Origin: Bacteroidaceae bacterium
Lineage (GTDB): Bacteria > Bacillota_I > Bacilli_A > RFN20 > CAG-826
DNA length: 64,000 bases
Assembly: GCA_963624045.1 (NCBI GenBank)
Contig: CAVFNI010000008.1
Location: 3,054-67,053, forward strand
Reading direction: 5' to 3'
The translations under genes and the position numbers were made by a program. Under the pieces are notes generated by a model. The model had not been told where the DNA came from and did not search any database. It saw only the letters and a program-made list of their open reading frames with translations. Below are positions 9,612 to 18,354 of this stretch, in pieces. Every line of letters starts with the position of its first letter. Within the stretch, counting starts at the first letter, position 1.

Positions 9612-10574
9612 TTAGAACCTCGTTTTATAAAAAACAACGCCCTTCCCCTTCCCGTTCACGTAATTTCTCAATTTATAAATGTCTTGCTTAATAATATCTT
9701 GATAAGTCATGTGTTTATTGTTGTATCGGATAGAGCTTTTGATCCTCTTATAGAACCCTTCAATAAGTTTCGTCCTCACCTCTTGGGAAAAGTCTTCACC
9801 ACGCTTAAAATTCTCTGGCTTCAGAGTTCTATCGTGTATTAAATTCACCACCACTTTCTCTATGGTGATGGGCTTGTAAATGTCGGCCATATCGAGTTGC
9901 AAGGTATATTTCCTGTCGTTACTGGAATGATTATATCCAACGGAAGGGTTCAGCCCGCATTCCACGATGTAAGATAATATTTCGTTATAAAGCACGCCGT
10001 TTAGGAAGGTTATTATCTTATTTACGGGATCCGTTGGCCGATAAGCTCGTCTATATAAGAGACGAAAGCCGTATTGCGCCAATAGGCAATCGATATATTC
10101 GTAATATCTTTTGATGGCCAACGCCTCGTTAAGCATTATGAAATTGGCCGTCACGGCCGCTTGAACCTTTCTCCTTTTGTCTTTGAAGTATTTTAAATCG
10201 ACCCCCAAAGAACGATAAGCGAGCAACGAATACGATAGATTGTTGATTTCGGCATCGACTATTTGTTTGGCAATGTATAGCCTAACGTCCTCATCCAAAT
10301 AGCATCTAACCTGATTCACTAACGTATTTCCTCGATAATTATTATTGTTGAGCAATTCCATGTATTCTTTTGTTATGCGGTTATACAAAAACAAATTGAT
10401 CCCACGTTTCTTCAATTCCTTTAGAACGTCGCAGGATACGCTGATATCAGAAAAGGCGTAGATATTGGATATCACTTCTATCGGATATGTTTTAAGCGGG
10501 CTGTCGATTTCTTGAAAAGACAAGGTTTCGTCTTTGATCCTGAGCGAGCCTTCCTTCATCAACATCAGATTCAT
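9612..10574 (-). CDS. cas1: CRISPR-associated endonuclease Cas1
   Basis: 320 aa with the Cas1 core pattern: NEALAIKRYYEY (Glu), RPTDPVNKIITFLNGVLY, GLNPSVGYNHSS (His), LQLDMADIYKP (Asp). It overlaps cas2 by 4 nt. Confidence 0.85.
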   Translation of the reverse strand: MNLMLMKEGSLRIKDETLSFQEIDSPLKTYPIEVISNIYAFSDISVSCDVLKELKKRGINLFLYNRITKEYMELLNNNNYRGNTLVNQVRCYLDEDVRLYIAKQIVDAEINNLSYSLLAYRSLGVDLKYFKDKRRKVQAAVTANFIMLNEALAIKRYYEYIDCLLAQYGFRLLYRRAYRPTDPVNKIITFLNGVLYNEILSYIVECGLNPSVGYNHSSNDRKYTLQLDMADIYKPITIEKVVVNLIHDRTLKPENFKRGEDFSQEVRTKLIEGFYKRIKSSIRYNNKHMTYQDIIKQDIYKLRNYVNGKGKGVVFYKTRF

Positions 10575-10831
10575 AGCAGCATATTCTCTTCTAAATCGTT
10601 TCTTCCATACACCTCTCTAGAACCATACGGAAGCTTATCCAAAAAATAACAAATGATGGAATCTTCTTCCTTTATAGAGGATTCCAATTGAGCAATCATC
10701 TCACGATATTTAGATTCGCATATCTTGACTTCAAAAACCGATTCCTGAACCTGCACCATGTATTTCTTACATATCTTAAACACCTTCTTAACTCGACTTG
10801 AATCCACATCGTAAATCAACAAAACACGCAT
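10571..10831 (-). CDS. cas2: CRISPR-associated endoribonuclease Cas2
   Basis: The start was trimmed to MRVLLIYDV, the typical Cas2 N-terminus with the catalytic Asp. About 86 aa, immediately upstream of cas1. Confidence 0.8.
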   Translation of the reverse strand: MRVLLIYDVDSSRVKKVFKICKKYMVQVQESVFEVKICESKYREMIAQLESSIKEEDSIICYFLDKLPYGSREVYGRNDLEENMLL

Positions 10832-10891
10832 GAATCTAATCCTAATCTTCCTTAGCACATTTCGAAGGAAATTAACTGTTTTGCTGTTCAA

Positions 10892-11055
10892 TTACCTCAA
10901 ATGTGAACAATTCGTGTCTACATAGTAGGTCAAAACGCACTGGTCAACAACAATTTTCTTGGACAATTCTCGGAAATCAGGTTGAAAATTCGACTGTCTA
11001 TCCTAAAATTATCCGTGATAAGTCGATTTCGAGCTTAAAAAACAGGGAATTGACT
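10892..11055 (+). promoter_or_regulatory. putative CRISPR leader (if the array is read on the plus strand)
   Basis: A+T-rich non-coding tract between the divergent cas2 and repeat 1. It ends in AGGGAATTGACT, which resembles the 3' end of the repeat. Confidence 0.35.
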
Positions 11056-11940
11056 ATCCTTAAGGTACCTAGAAGGAATTGAAACGACGGCGATGCCGTC
11101 GTCCTTCTCATTGAGCGTCTTCATCCTTAAGGTACCTAGAAGGAATTGAAACATGAGGGTTTCAACCGACGTTCCTCCATTGACTTATCCTTAAGGTACC
11201 TAGAAGGAATTGAAACCAATTTCGGAAGCGTCAAACTCAATAGTAATCACTTGATCCTTAAGGTACCTAGAAGGAATTGAAACAATGCCGCATTCAGCGG
11301 CTCTGTTTCGCGATATCCGGATCCTTAAGGTACCTAGAAGGAATTGAAACGAAGAGAAAGCTGACAATTAAGTCGGCTATTTCTTATCCTTAAGGTACCT
11401 AGAAGGAATTGAAACGAAGTACCGACGCGGGGACGCGCTGTGCGGGGACGTATCCTTAAGGTACCTAGAAGGAATTGAAACCGCTCGGTGCATTTGCAAA
11501 CGGCGCCAGTTATAAATCCTTAAGGTACCTAGAAGGAATTGAAACCCCTCTTTGTCCGTCTTGAAAAGGTTGATGACACCATCCTTAAGGTACCTAGAAG
11601 GAATTGAAACCATTTCTAAGGGTCTCAATTTCGGAAGCGTCAAACTCATCCTTAAGGTACCTAGAAGGAATTGAAACTAGCCCCGCAGCTAAACATTCAG
11701 CTAAAATTTTGTATCCTTAAGGTACCTAGAAGGAATTGAAACAATACTGGCACCAGCAGCAGCGGCACAAGCGATTCCATCCTTAAGGTACCTAGAAGGA
11801 ATTGAAACATCGTGCCTTGCCCTTTTTGGGTGGCTTGTGGAACGCATCCTTAAGGTACCTAGAAGGAATTGAAACAAAGCCAAGCAAACAAACTTTTCTT
11901 TTTCATCTTTATCCTTAAGGTACCTAGAAGGAATTGAAAC
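11056..11940 (+). CRISPR. CRISPR array, 14 identical 30-nt repeats and 13 spacers (34-37 nt)
   Basis: The repeat is ATCCTTAAGGTACCTAGAAGGAATTGAAAC. Repeats start at 11056, 11123, 11187, 11254, 11321, 11386, 11452, 11516, 11581, 11648, 11713, 11779, 11846 and 11911. The plus orientation is proposed because the repeat ends in ATTGAAAC, the canonical 8-nt Cas6 5' handle, preceded by a CCTT...AAGG stem. Confidence 0.95.
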
Positions 11941-11984
11941 CATTGACAATGCCGCAAAATTCGGCTAGGTGTATAACAAGAAGC

Positions 11985-12270
11985 GAGTGATGCGCCCCGG
12001 CGAAGCTCCGGGCCTCCGAGGAGGATACAACCTAAAAGTCGAGCGCCGAGTAGATTCGGCACCACGGGCCGTCTCCAGGCGAATTGCAGACCGCTACCGA
12101 ATCAAAACGGAAAACTTTTGGTTTGGCCATCATCGGAGGGTAGAGTACCCATAACTTGAATGGGCAGCCACATAGGAACGCTGAAATCCGGGCCTCAATG
12201 ACGGCATCACACGCTTGAGGACGCAGGGTAATTCGTCTCAGCGATGTCCATTGCGATATCGCTGAGACAT
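11985..12270. other. G+C-rich, hairpin-rich non-coding block (candidate structured RNA or convergent terminator region)
   Basis: My hand count gives about 62% G+C over 11991-12110, against clearly A+T-richer flanks. Features: a perfect 11-bp-stem hairpin at 12235-12245/12258-12268, smaller hairpins (CCCGG..CCGGG at about 11995-12012; GCCGAG-TAGA-TTCGGC at about 12044-12060), and a 10-nt direct repeat TCCGGGCCTC at 12007 and 12187. There is no convincing ORF. Confidence 0.3.
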
Positions 12271-12520
12271 AGAAAAGATATAATTCTAATAATCAACGAA
12301 AATCTTGATGTTTAGTTTAATACATGCTCATCTGGCGTTATGGAAAACACGCCCTTCGAATTATTTTAAACTGCCTAAAAGAAATCGAAGTCATCGGGCT
12401 GCGACGCATATAACGCGCTTTATCAGTGAAACCAAAAGCGGTTGTCGCAAGAGGACTACGGGCTTAACAGCCGTTAAACCGTCAAAACCGACGGAACGCT
12501 TTCTCTTTATCGCACGTCAA

Positions 12521-15277
12521 TCAGTCTTCATCGAATCTAATATGCAAGCCGTTCCTTATGCGCTCATATTTGCCAAGGACGGCACGATATTCTTTTTTTA
12601 TCGGCTCATCTAGCATTAATAATTTCTCAATGGCATCGACATCGATATCGACATCTTCTTTCCGCTCACCACATCTCAATGCGTTATGTTTTAATTCGCT
12701 GATTCGTTGCCAAAGTTCATCGTTACCCAAAATGGCGCGGTAATAATCGTTCTTTTCTTTATCTCCGACGTCTTTAAGCGACAAAACGTAATTCACCGAG
12801 CGCACAAAGCTGTATTTTCTGTTGTAATAATCGTGATAGCTCTGATTGTTGGCGGATTCCTTGAGGTTTTCTATCTCACCGATGTATTTGCCATATCTGC
12901 TTTTTATCGTATCTATCGAGCGTTCTTTTTGAAGTTTCTCCCATTCATTTTCATCGCCTATAACTTCAGACAATCTTTCCCCCAATATCGTTTCGAAGCA
13001 GACGTCCATCTCGCGCAGAGCGCTCTCGTATTCTTTATAACGTATTAGATAATAAGCTTTGATCAATTTCCTAACGACACTACCATCTTTATTGTTGCTC
13101 AGTTTATTTATGTTCTCTTTTATTTCTCCTTCTAGTTCAATTCCATTATGAACGAAATCGTCGTAAAAGGCGTTTTGGACCAAAAACAATCGCCCAATCG
13201 CCTTCTTGATATCGTCTTTTTCGATAAAGTCCAACAAAGTGTCCCCCGTCTGCGGCGCAGGAATGTGTCCATTTTCTTCATGCCCGCCACCACCATTGCC
13301 TTCCGTGTGCACAGAAGCTTTCGTATCTATGCCGGCCTTCCCGTCTCTAACGTTTATGACCTTTATTCTGTCGGGATAGCACAAAGACATGAATGTCATG
13401 GCCATTTTGCAATTGGGGATCCCCGATGATTCGATCAAATATATGACGTCGTACTTATCCAATAAGGCGTTGACGAGATTGGCGATGTATTTGGAACACG
13501 TTTTGTAATCGTAGGAACTCGATTCGCCTTTCAAAGAGGCCGCCGATACCAAATCTTCTTCGTTTAAAATCGTTTTTCCATCGATGATCTCCCTTGCTTT
13601 GGAAGCACCGTTTTCTTCCAGTTCTTCATTGAAAGGAAGGAAGTATATCTCTTCGGTTCCATAAATCCGTTTCATGGTATCGACGTCATAATGTAGGTCT
13701 TTGAATAAAACGGCGACGATTTCGTTCGACAAAATGCAATAAAAAGGGATTTTCTTCTTTGCGTTTTTCTTTTGCAAATTGACCAATTCTTTTTTCTCGG
13801 AAGGGATCTGCGTGTCTTTCCCGATCGCCATGAAGAACGATAACGTCGATCCTGGGATAAGGCTTTGGCTTTCCTTGCTAAAACGCGCCGGGTCGGTTGA
13901 GCCAAGCATTGACAAAAAGCAAATTTTATTCGTCTTCTCATTGAATTTTATGCTCGTCTTTAAATTCTTTTTGATATCGGAACCGCACATGTCGATAACT
14001 TTGTCGAAGCAAAGGTCAAATCCGCTAGTTTTGTATTCTGATGGAACGCAATCCATGAATTCCTTTTCGAATTTTCGCGTTAGCTGATCTAGGAGTTTTT
14101 TGAAATCGCCGTCCGTAAAGAGGTTACCTTTATGATGACCAGGGTGCCTGAGGTAATTGTATTTTTTGTTAAATCCATTTATTAGGCAATCGTCGATTCC
14201 CTCGATTGGATCGTATTTGTTATTTTTGGCTCCGCTTTCTAAGCCATAATTTTGCTCAAATTCAAGATATATATCCGCTTTGCTGGAATTTTTATAATTG
14301 CGGCCATCTATTTGTATGTGCTTATCATGTTCGAGATTGCGCAAGACAAACAGCAATTTGTCGCAAATGACATAAGCGATCTTCGTATCCAGATTGCCCG
14401 CTTCATCTTTGGCTTTGAGGTTAATAAGCCTGAACATGAAATATTCGGCGATCTCTTCTTTTGAAAGCCGTCCCAAGCCCTTCAACGACAGCGAATCCGT
14501 TTCGTTGGCAAACGCTTTACGCATTTTCGAAGCGGCGTTATTGGGCTCAAATATGTTTCGGTGATTAAGATAATGATAATATGCCGAAAAATAACGCTTT
14601 TCATCGAGCAAACAAGAAATGATTTTTTTATGGCAGTCCAAAACCATCGTATCCATATCGGATTTCACCGCCACCCTGCCAACGACCTCGTCCACGCTTT
14701 GCGCATCCCCGGCGAATTCCTGCCAGCTTTTGCATAATTCGGCAAATTCGGCGGCGTCCTTGTCTGTTTTGTGGCTAAAGCCGCTTTTATTCTCAATGGA
14801 TTGACTGAAAAAGAGTTTTTCTTTGTTGCTCGTGCTATAAAGGATCATCAGGGCCTCCTTCGATTGGACGTTTCCACTTTGGAAATTGAAATAAAGGACA
14901 TCGGCCTTCGATTTGCTAAGGAATTCGTCAAATTTATCATAATAATCGGAAACGCTTATCTGCCTATCTTTTGGCCAATCCAAGAATTCGATTCTTATCT
15001 TATTCTTAATGCCTTCTATCTCTTCTCCTCTCTTCTCGAATCTTAATTTCAGGAGATTTAAGACCTCATCGACTTTGGCCCAAAAAAATTCTTCTTTTTT
15101 CTCTTTTGTGACTTCGTTTTTTTCGCTCGCTCCATAAAGAAGAAAAATGCTGTTGATCCGATAGCAGTCGTTATCGATTATCGAGGCGATAAGCTTAAAG
15201 AAAACCGGTTCTTTGTTCTTTCCTTGCATCACGTCGGCGTTGGAAAACATTCCTAATAGATCCACGCTTTTAGACAT
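12521..15277 (-). CDS. large type III-associated protein with two CARF-like modules and HEPN-like motif candidates
   Basis: 918 aa, starting 3 nt after the cas6 stop; it is the last gene of the effector operon. Module 1 has IFLLYGAS (residues 44-51) and NFQSGNVQSKEALM (131-144). Module 2 has ICFLSMLGSTDP (452-463) and IESSGIPNCKMAMT (615-628). These resemble the CARF GxS/T loop and the TGGTKxM-like loop. R-x4-6-H candidates are RHPGHH (377-382) and RIRNGLH (906-912). Confidence 0.5.
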   Translation of the reverse strand: MSKSVDLLGMFSNADVMQGKNKEPVFFKLIASIIDNDCYRINSIFLLYGASEKNEVTKEKKEEFFWAKVDEVLNLLKLRFEKRGEEIEGIKNKIRIEFLDWPKDRQISVSDYYDKFDEFLSKSKADVLYFNFQSGNVQSKEALMILYSTSNKEKLFFSQSIENKSGFSHKTDKDAAEFAELCKSWQEFAGDAQSVDEVVGRVAVKSDMDTMVLDCHKKIISCLLDEKRYFSAYYHYLNHRNIFEPNNAASKMRKAFANETDSLSLKGLGRLSKEEIAEYFMFRLINLKAKDEAGNLDTKIAYVICDKLLFVLRNLEHDKHIQIDGRNYKNSSKADIYLEFEQNYGLESGAKNNKYDPIEGIDDCLINGFNKKYNYLRHPGHHKGNLFTDGDFKKLLDQLTRKFEKEFMDCVPSEYKTSGFDLCFDKVIDMCGSDIKKNLKTSIKFNEKTNKICFLSMLGSTDPARFSKESQSLIPGSTLSFFMAIGKDTQIPSEKKELVNLQKKNAKKKIPFYCILSNEIVAVLFKDLHYDVDTMKRIYGTEEIYFLPFNEELEENGASKAREIIDGKTILNEEDLVSAASLKGESSSYDYKTCSKYIANLVNALLDKYDVIYLIESSGIPNCKMAMTFMSLCYPDRIKVINVRDGKAGIDTKASVHTEGNGGGGHEENGHIPAPQTGDTLLDFIEKDDIKKAIGRLFLVQNAFYDDFVHNGIELEGEIKENINKLSNNKDGSVVRKLIKAYYLIRYKEYESALREMDVCFETILGERLSEVIGDENEWEKLQKERSIDTIKSRYGKYIGEIENLKESANNQSYHDYYNRKYSFVRSVNYVLSLKDVGDKEKNDYYRAILGNDELWQRISELKHNALRCGERKEDVDIDVDAIEKLLMLDEPIKKEYRAVLGKYERIRNGLHIRFDED

Positions 15278-15280
15278 TTG

Positions 15281-16003
15281 TTATTCCTTTTCTAACACTT
15301 CAAAAAATCCGAATCCTTGCGAATTTTTGTCGCCTAACCCGACATCCGACAAGAAAATAAGCTGGTCCTTTGAGCACATCAGCGAGAACTTGGACATATA
15401 TCCGGTAATCGAAAAATCCTTATATAAGGTTCTAACTTCCCGAATTCTGCCTACCGAAGCGATGCGAATATCATCGGCGGCTATTTTTCCGCCATAAAGG
15501 CTAGCCTTATGCTTGAAATTGTTGTTGATTGCCTGAACGAATTCGTCAGTATCAGGCTTTAAATATATCGTTTTGTTCTTGCCATCGACGCTCTCGGTTT
15601 TATGGACGGTCACGGGGGATAGCATTTTTATGAGGTATCGCCGTTTTTCCTCTATAACGATTTCGCCTAGCTCAATGTCGTCTATGACGATCTTTTGCTT
15701 CATGAGAAAGAAATTGCTTTTGTTCTTGAGACAATTGGCCATGATATTCATCAGCAAACGGTTATTCGTAGAAGCCACCGAAAAAGAGACGCCCGACGAA
15801 AACGTGATGATCTTGTTCTTGTTGTCCAGAAGATATTCGCCGTTTAATTGCGAGAAAACAAACGATTTGATATCCGAACTGTTGTGTAGGTTTTTGGCCG
15901 CCTCCCCTATCATCTTATAAATTAACGCCTGTAAGCAGTGATGATATGATAACGGCAACACCAATATGTTCTGTTCGGCGTGAAAGGTTATCTTGATTCT
16001 CAT
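15281..16003 (-). CDS. cas6: CRISPR repeat endoribonuclease Cas6
   Basis: 240 aa. The N-terminus (LPLSYHHCLQALIYKMI) and the C-terminal glycine-rich loop (GLGDKNSQGFGFFEV) are typical of Cas6. Confidence 0.8.
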   Translation of the reverse strand: MRIKITFHAEQNILVLPLSYHHCLQALIYKMIGEAAKNLHNSSDIKSFVFSQLNGEYLLDNKNKIITFSSGVSFSVASTNNRLLMNIMANCLKNKSNFFLMKQKIVIDDIELGEIVIEEKRRYLIKMLSPVTVHKTESVDGKNKTIYLKPDTDEFVQAINNNFKHKASLYGGKIAADDIRIASVGRIREVRTLYKDFSITGYMSKFSLMCSKDQLIFLSDVGLGDKNSQGFGFFEVLEKE

Positions 16004-16007
16004 AAAG

Positions 16008-17831
16008 TTACTTGTTTCTCTTGTTGACCTTCAGTTTCAATCTTTCTTTGACGTCTTCCGCTTTGCATTGCTTCGCTAGCAAAGGAAGTGATTGCCTTTT
16101 GTTTTGTTTATACATGTCGGAGGATAAATTGTTGGTGAACCATGCGTATCCATTATCGTCGTTTTCGGCGTATGGATAACATATTTTCTCCTTTTCGAAG
16201 GAGAGGTCGGACATGACGCTCAATTGTTTCTCTTGCGATGAAAGGGGATCGAAGGCCTTATTTGCCAACGTCTCGTCATTAACCTCCTCATAAAAGATTT
16301 TTCCGTCTTTCTTGGTTATTTCCCTACGCACGACCTTTTCGACTTTCATAAAAACGCTGCCGAAACCAACTGGTTTAGCGTATCCGATTTTATGACCGTA
16401 TTTATCCTCGCCGTTTTTATTATATAGGTTGACGCACTTCAATAATTGTTCCAACTGCTCCTCTGTGATTTCGTCGAAATAGATTTTGAAACTGAACGTC
16501 AGGTCTTTCTTTATAGGGTGGATGGTAACATTCAAATTGGAAGGGATATCATTCTCTTTCAAATCGCTTTGAGAATGGAAATACATTTTGCGCCCTCGAA
16601 TGCATATAGCGCCATCATATGACCAATTGTCTAATTCGTGATTGTCATTGTTCTTCGAACCATAAAACAGCGCATTGCTAGGATGCGGTGACAATAGTGG
16701 CTTCAGCGTATGCCATTCCAAATAACAATCGTCGGGACTAGTGTCGGTCATCGCGTCGGTGATCCTAATCCGACTCGAATGGGCGCTGTTGTTATCTTTA
16801 TTGATAAACCCGAACAATTGGCATGTTGGACATGATTCGTGGATATCCGAGCAGGAAAAGTATCCGCGCTTTTTCAAAATGCTTTTAAGCGTGTTTGGCG
16901 ACATATACTTTCCTATATAAGCGGGAGATATCATCTTGAACCCATTTTCTTTACAGATAAATGCGATGATCGGCTTATGGCCTAAGAACCTCTCTTTTAA
17001 TTCTTTGTACCCAGAATGTCTTTTGTTTTTAAGATGATGGTTTATCCTTTCGTCGGAATATTCCTCAAGGACGTTTTTAAAACAGAGAACCTCCTCTTTC
17101 GTCAAAGGCTCGCCATCATCGGATCTATCTTCTAGTACATACAATTTCTTGGATATTTTATTATCAAACTTTACGCCGATTCGATAATATGCCAGATTCC
17201 TATTGCTAACATCATCGATTGTTAAATTCTCATCGTCTACTAACCCATAATTGGAGTCGTAAAAACAATTGCTTTCCATTCTCGAGGCATGGTCGCGATC
17301 GACTCTGTCGCCTTCGGCCTTGTAACATATGTATTCTTGTTTTTCGTCGTTCCAGAAAATGAAATGCGGCTCAAAGGACTTGCGGTCCGGATTGTTCTTC
17401 TTTGATGCAGGCAAATTCCTTTTGGCAAACGTCCTATCTAGATCAATCAGACCTCCGAAACAAGAATCGTTTTGAATCTCATGAATCGTCCGTAACAAAC
17501 CTCTGATTTCGCTTCCAGGGATCACCGGAGAATAACACGTTCCGTCATCTGTTTTGCCGCTTAAATCGGCGTAAGAATAAAAATCGTATGTCTTATGCCC
17601 GGGCGTCGGATCGCTTAGATAATTCGTATTCGTTGTGTTGGGGATAAAGATGGGCGATCTCGTCTTCAAAGACACGGATAAATATCCGGTTAGGTTACCT
17701 TCTTTAAAATCGCTCCTTTCGAATTTGGAGGGAAAGGAAACAAAATTATAAGGATTTATGAATTCTTCGTTCGTTTGATCATGGCTATATGCCCGATTTC
17801 CATTATTTCTATTTTTGCCATGCATGCCCAT
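16008..17831 (-). CDS. type III RAMP subunit, Cas7 with a large insertion (III-Dv 'Cas7-insertion'-like)
   Basis: N-terminal FINPYNFVSF, RAMP motif PGSEIRGLLRTI, and a zinc-knuckle-like CSDIHESCPTCQLFGF typical of Csm3/Cmr4-type Cas7. The start was trimmed to the ATG at 17831, 4 nt after the upstream stop. Confidence 0.6.
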   Translation of the reverse strand: MGMHGKNRNNGNRAYSHDQTNEEFINPYNFVSFPSKFERSDFKEGNLTGYLSVSLKTRSPIFIPNTTNTNYLSDPTPGHKTYDFYSYADLSGKTDDGTCYSPVIPGSEIRGLLRTIHEIQNDSCFGGLIDLDRTFAKRNLPASKKNNPDRKSFEPHFIFWNDEKQEYICYKAEGDRVDRDHASRMESNCFYDSNYGLVDDENLTIDDVSNRNLAYYRIGVKFDNKISKKLYVLEDRSDDGEPLTKEEVLCFKNVLEEYSDERINHHLKNKRHSGYKELKERFLGHKPIIAFICKENGFKMISPAYIGKYMSPNTLKSILKKRGYFSCSDIHESCPTCQLFGFINKDNNSAHSSRIRITDAMTDTSPDDCYLEWHTLKPLLSPHPSNALFYGSKNNDNHELDNWSYDGAICIRGRKMYFHSQSDLKENDIPSNLNVTIHPIKKDLTFSFKIYFDEITEEQLEQLLKCVNLYNKNGEDKYGHKIGYAKPVGFGSVFMKVEKVVRREITKKDGKIFYEEVNDETLANKAFDPLSSQEKQLSVMSDLSFEKEKICYPYAENDDNGYAWFTNNLSSDMYKQNKRQSLPLLAKQCKAEDVKERLKLKVNKRNK

Positions 17832-17835
17832 ATCA

Positions 17836-18354
17836 CTAGCCCCTTTCCTTATAAGAATCGAAACCCATAAACCTTGCGTATCTAACAAACGGGAAATCGT
17901 TCTTGTCGTAATCGATATAATTGACGACTTTCAAGGTAATTCCCTTATTCACATCCCCTTGAGCGAATTTTTTAGGGATGACAACACTCTTTTTGCCTTG
18001 GGTCAATTTCGTATAAGATTCCGCGCATTCAGTTGTTTTGCCATCGGACAAAACGAACATATCTTCTTCGATTTTGTCTAGATGCAATTTGTCGATATCG
18101 TCTTGTTTTACAACATCGATGCCATCTTCTCGGTCTAAGTTTATTTGCACGTCCTCATTAAACGCATACCCTTCTAAGAACAAGGAGTCATCTTTAGGAA
18201 GTTCGCTTTCTTTATCCGTGTAAGCGAGGATTCCATCTTTGCTTATCTTCCCAGTGTAGACGTTAGTGACGTACATGAATATAAAATACACATCGTTCTT
18301 AAAATCGTAATTTATGGCATCTAACGCTTCTCTTATGCTCGCAACGACATTCAT
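17836..18354 (-). CDS. small type III subunit, Csx19-like by size and position
   Basis: 172 aa. It overlaps the Cas7-2x gene by 4 nt and occupies the slot Csx19 holds in described III-Dv operons. I recognise no diagnostic motif. Confidence 0.35.
   Translation of the reverse strand: MNVVASIREALDAINYDFKNDVYFIFMYVTNVYTGKISKDGILAYTDKESELPKDDSLFLEGYAFNEDVQINLDREDGIDVVKQDDIDKLHLDKIEEDMFVLSDGKTTECAESYTKLTQGKKSVVIPKKFAQGDVNKGITLKVVNYIDYDKNDFPFVRYARFMGFDSYKERG

Noticed and set aside
11026-11055. A possible degenerate 15th repeat immediately before repeat 1
   Set aside because: Only the last 12 or so nt (AGGGAATTGACT) resemble the repeat, and no spacer would separate it from repeat 1. I treated it as a leader-junction feature rather than a repeat.
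11377-12065. Track ORFs 11377..11649, 11701..11949 and 11859..12065 (minus strand), with recurring VSIPSRYLKD peptides
   Set aside because: They are translations of the CRISPR repeat read through successive spacers, not genes.
11985-12270. The G+C-rich block as RNase P RNA, tmRNA, SRP RNA or a group II intron fragment
   Set aside because: I looked on both strands for the hallmark strings I remember: GAGGAAAGTCC-type, tmRNA ends with a tag ORF, GGAAGCAGCC-type SRP, a GTGYG 5' end, and domain V. I found none. It is kept only as an unclassified structured region.
12305-12613. 102-aa plus-strand ORF
   Set aside because: It overlaps the 3' end of the 918-aa gene in antisense. It has no ribosome-binding site and an implausible composition.
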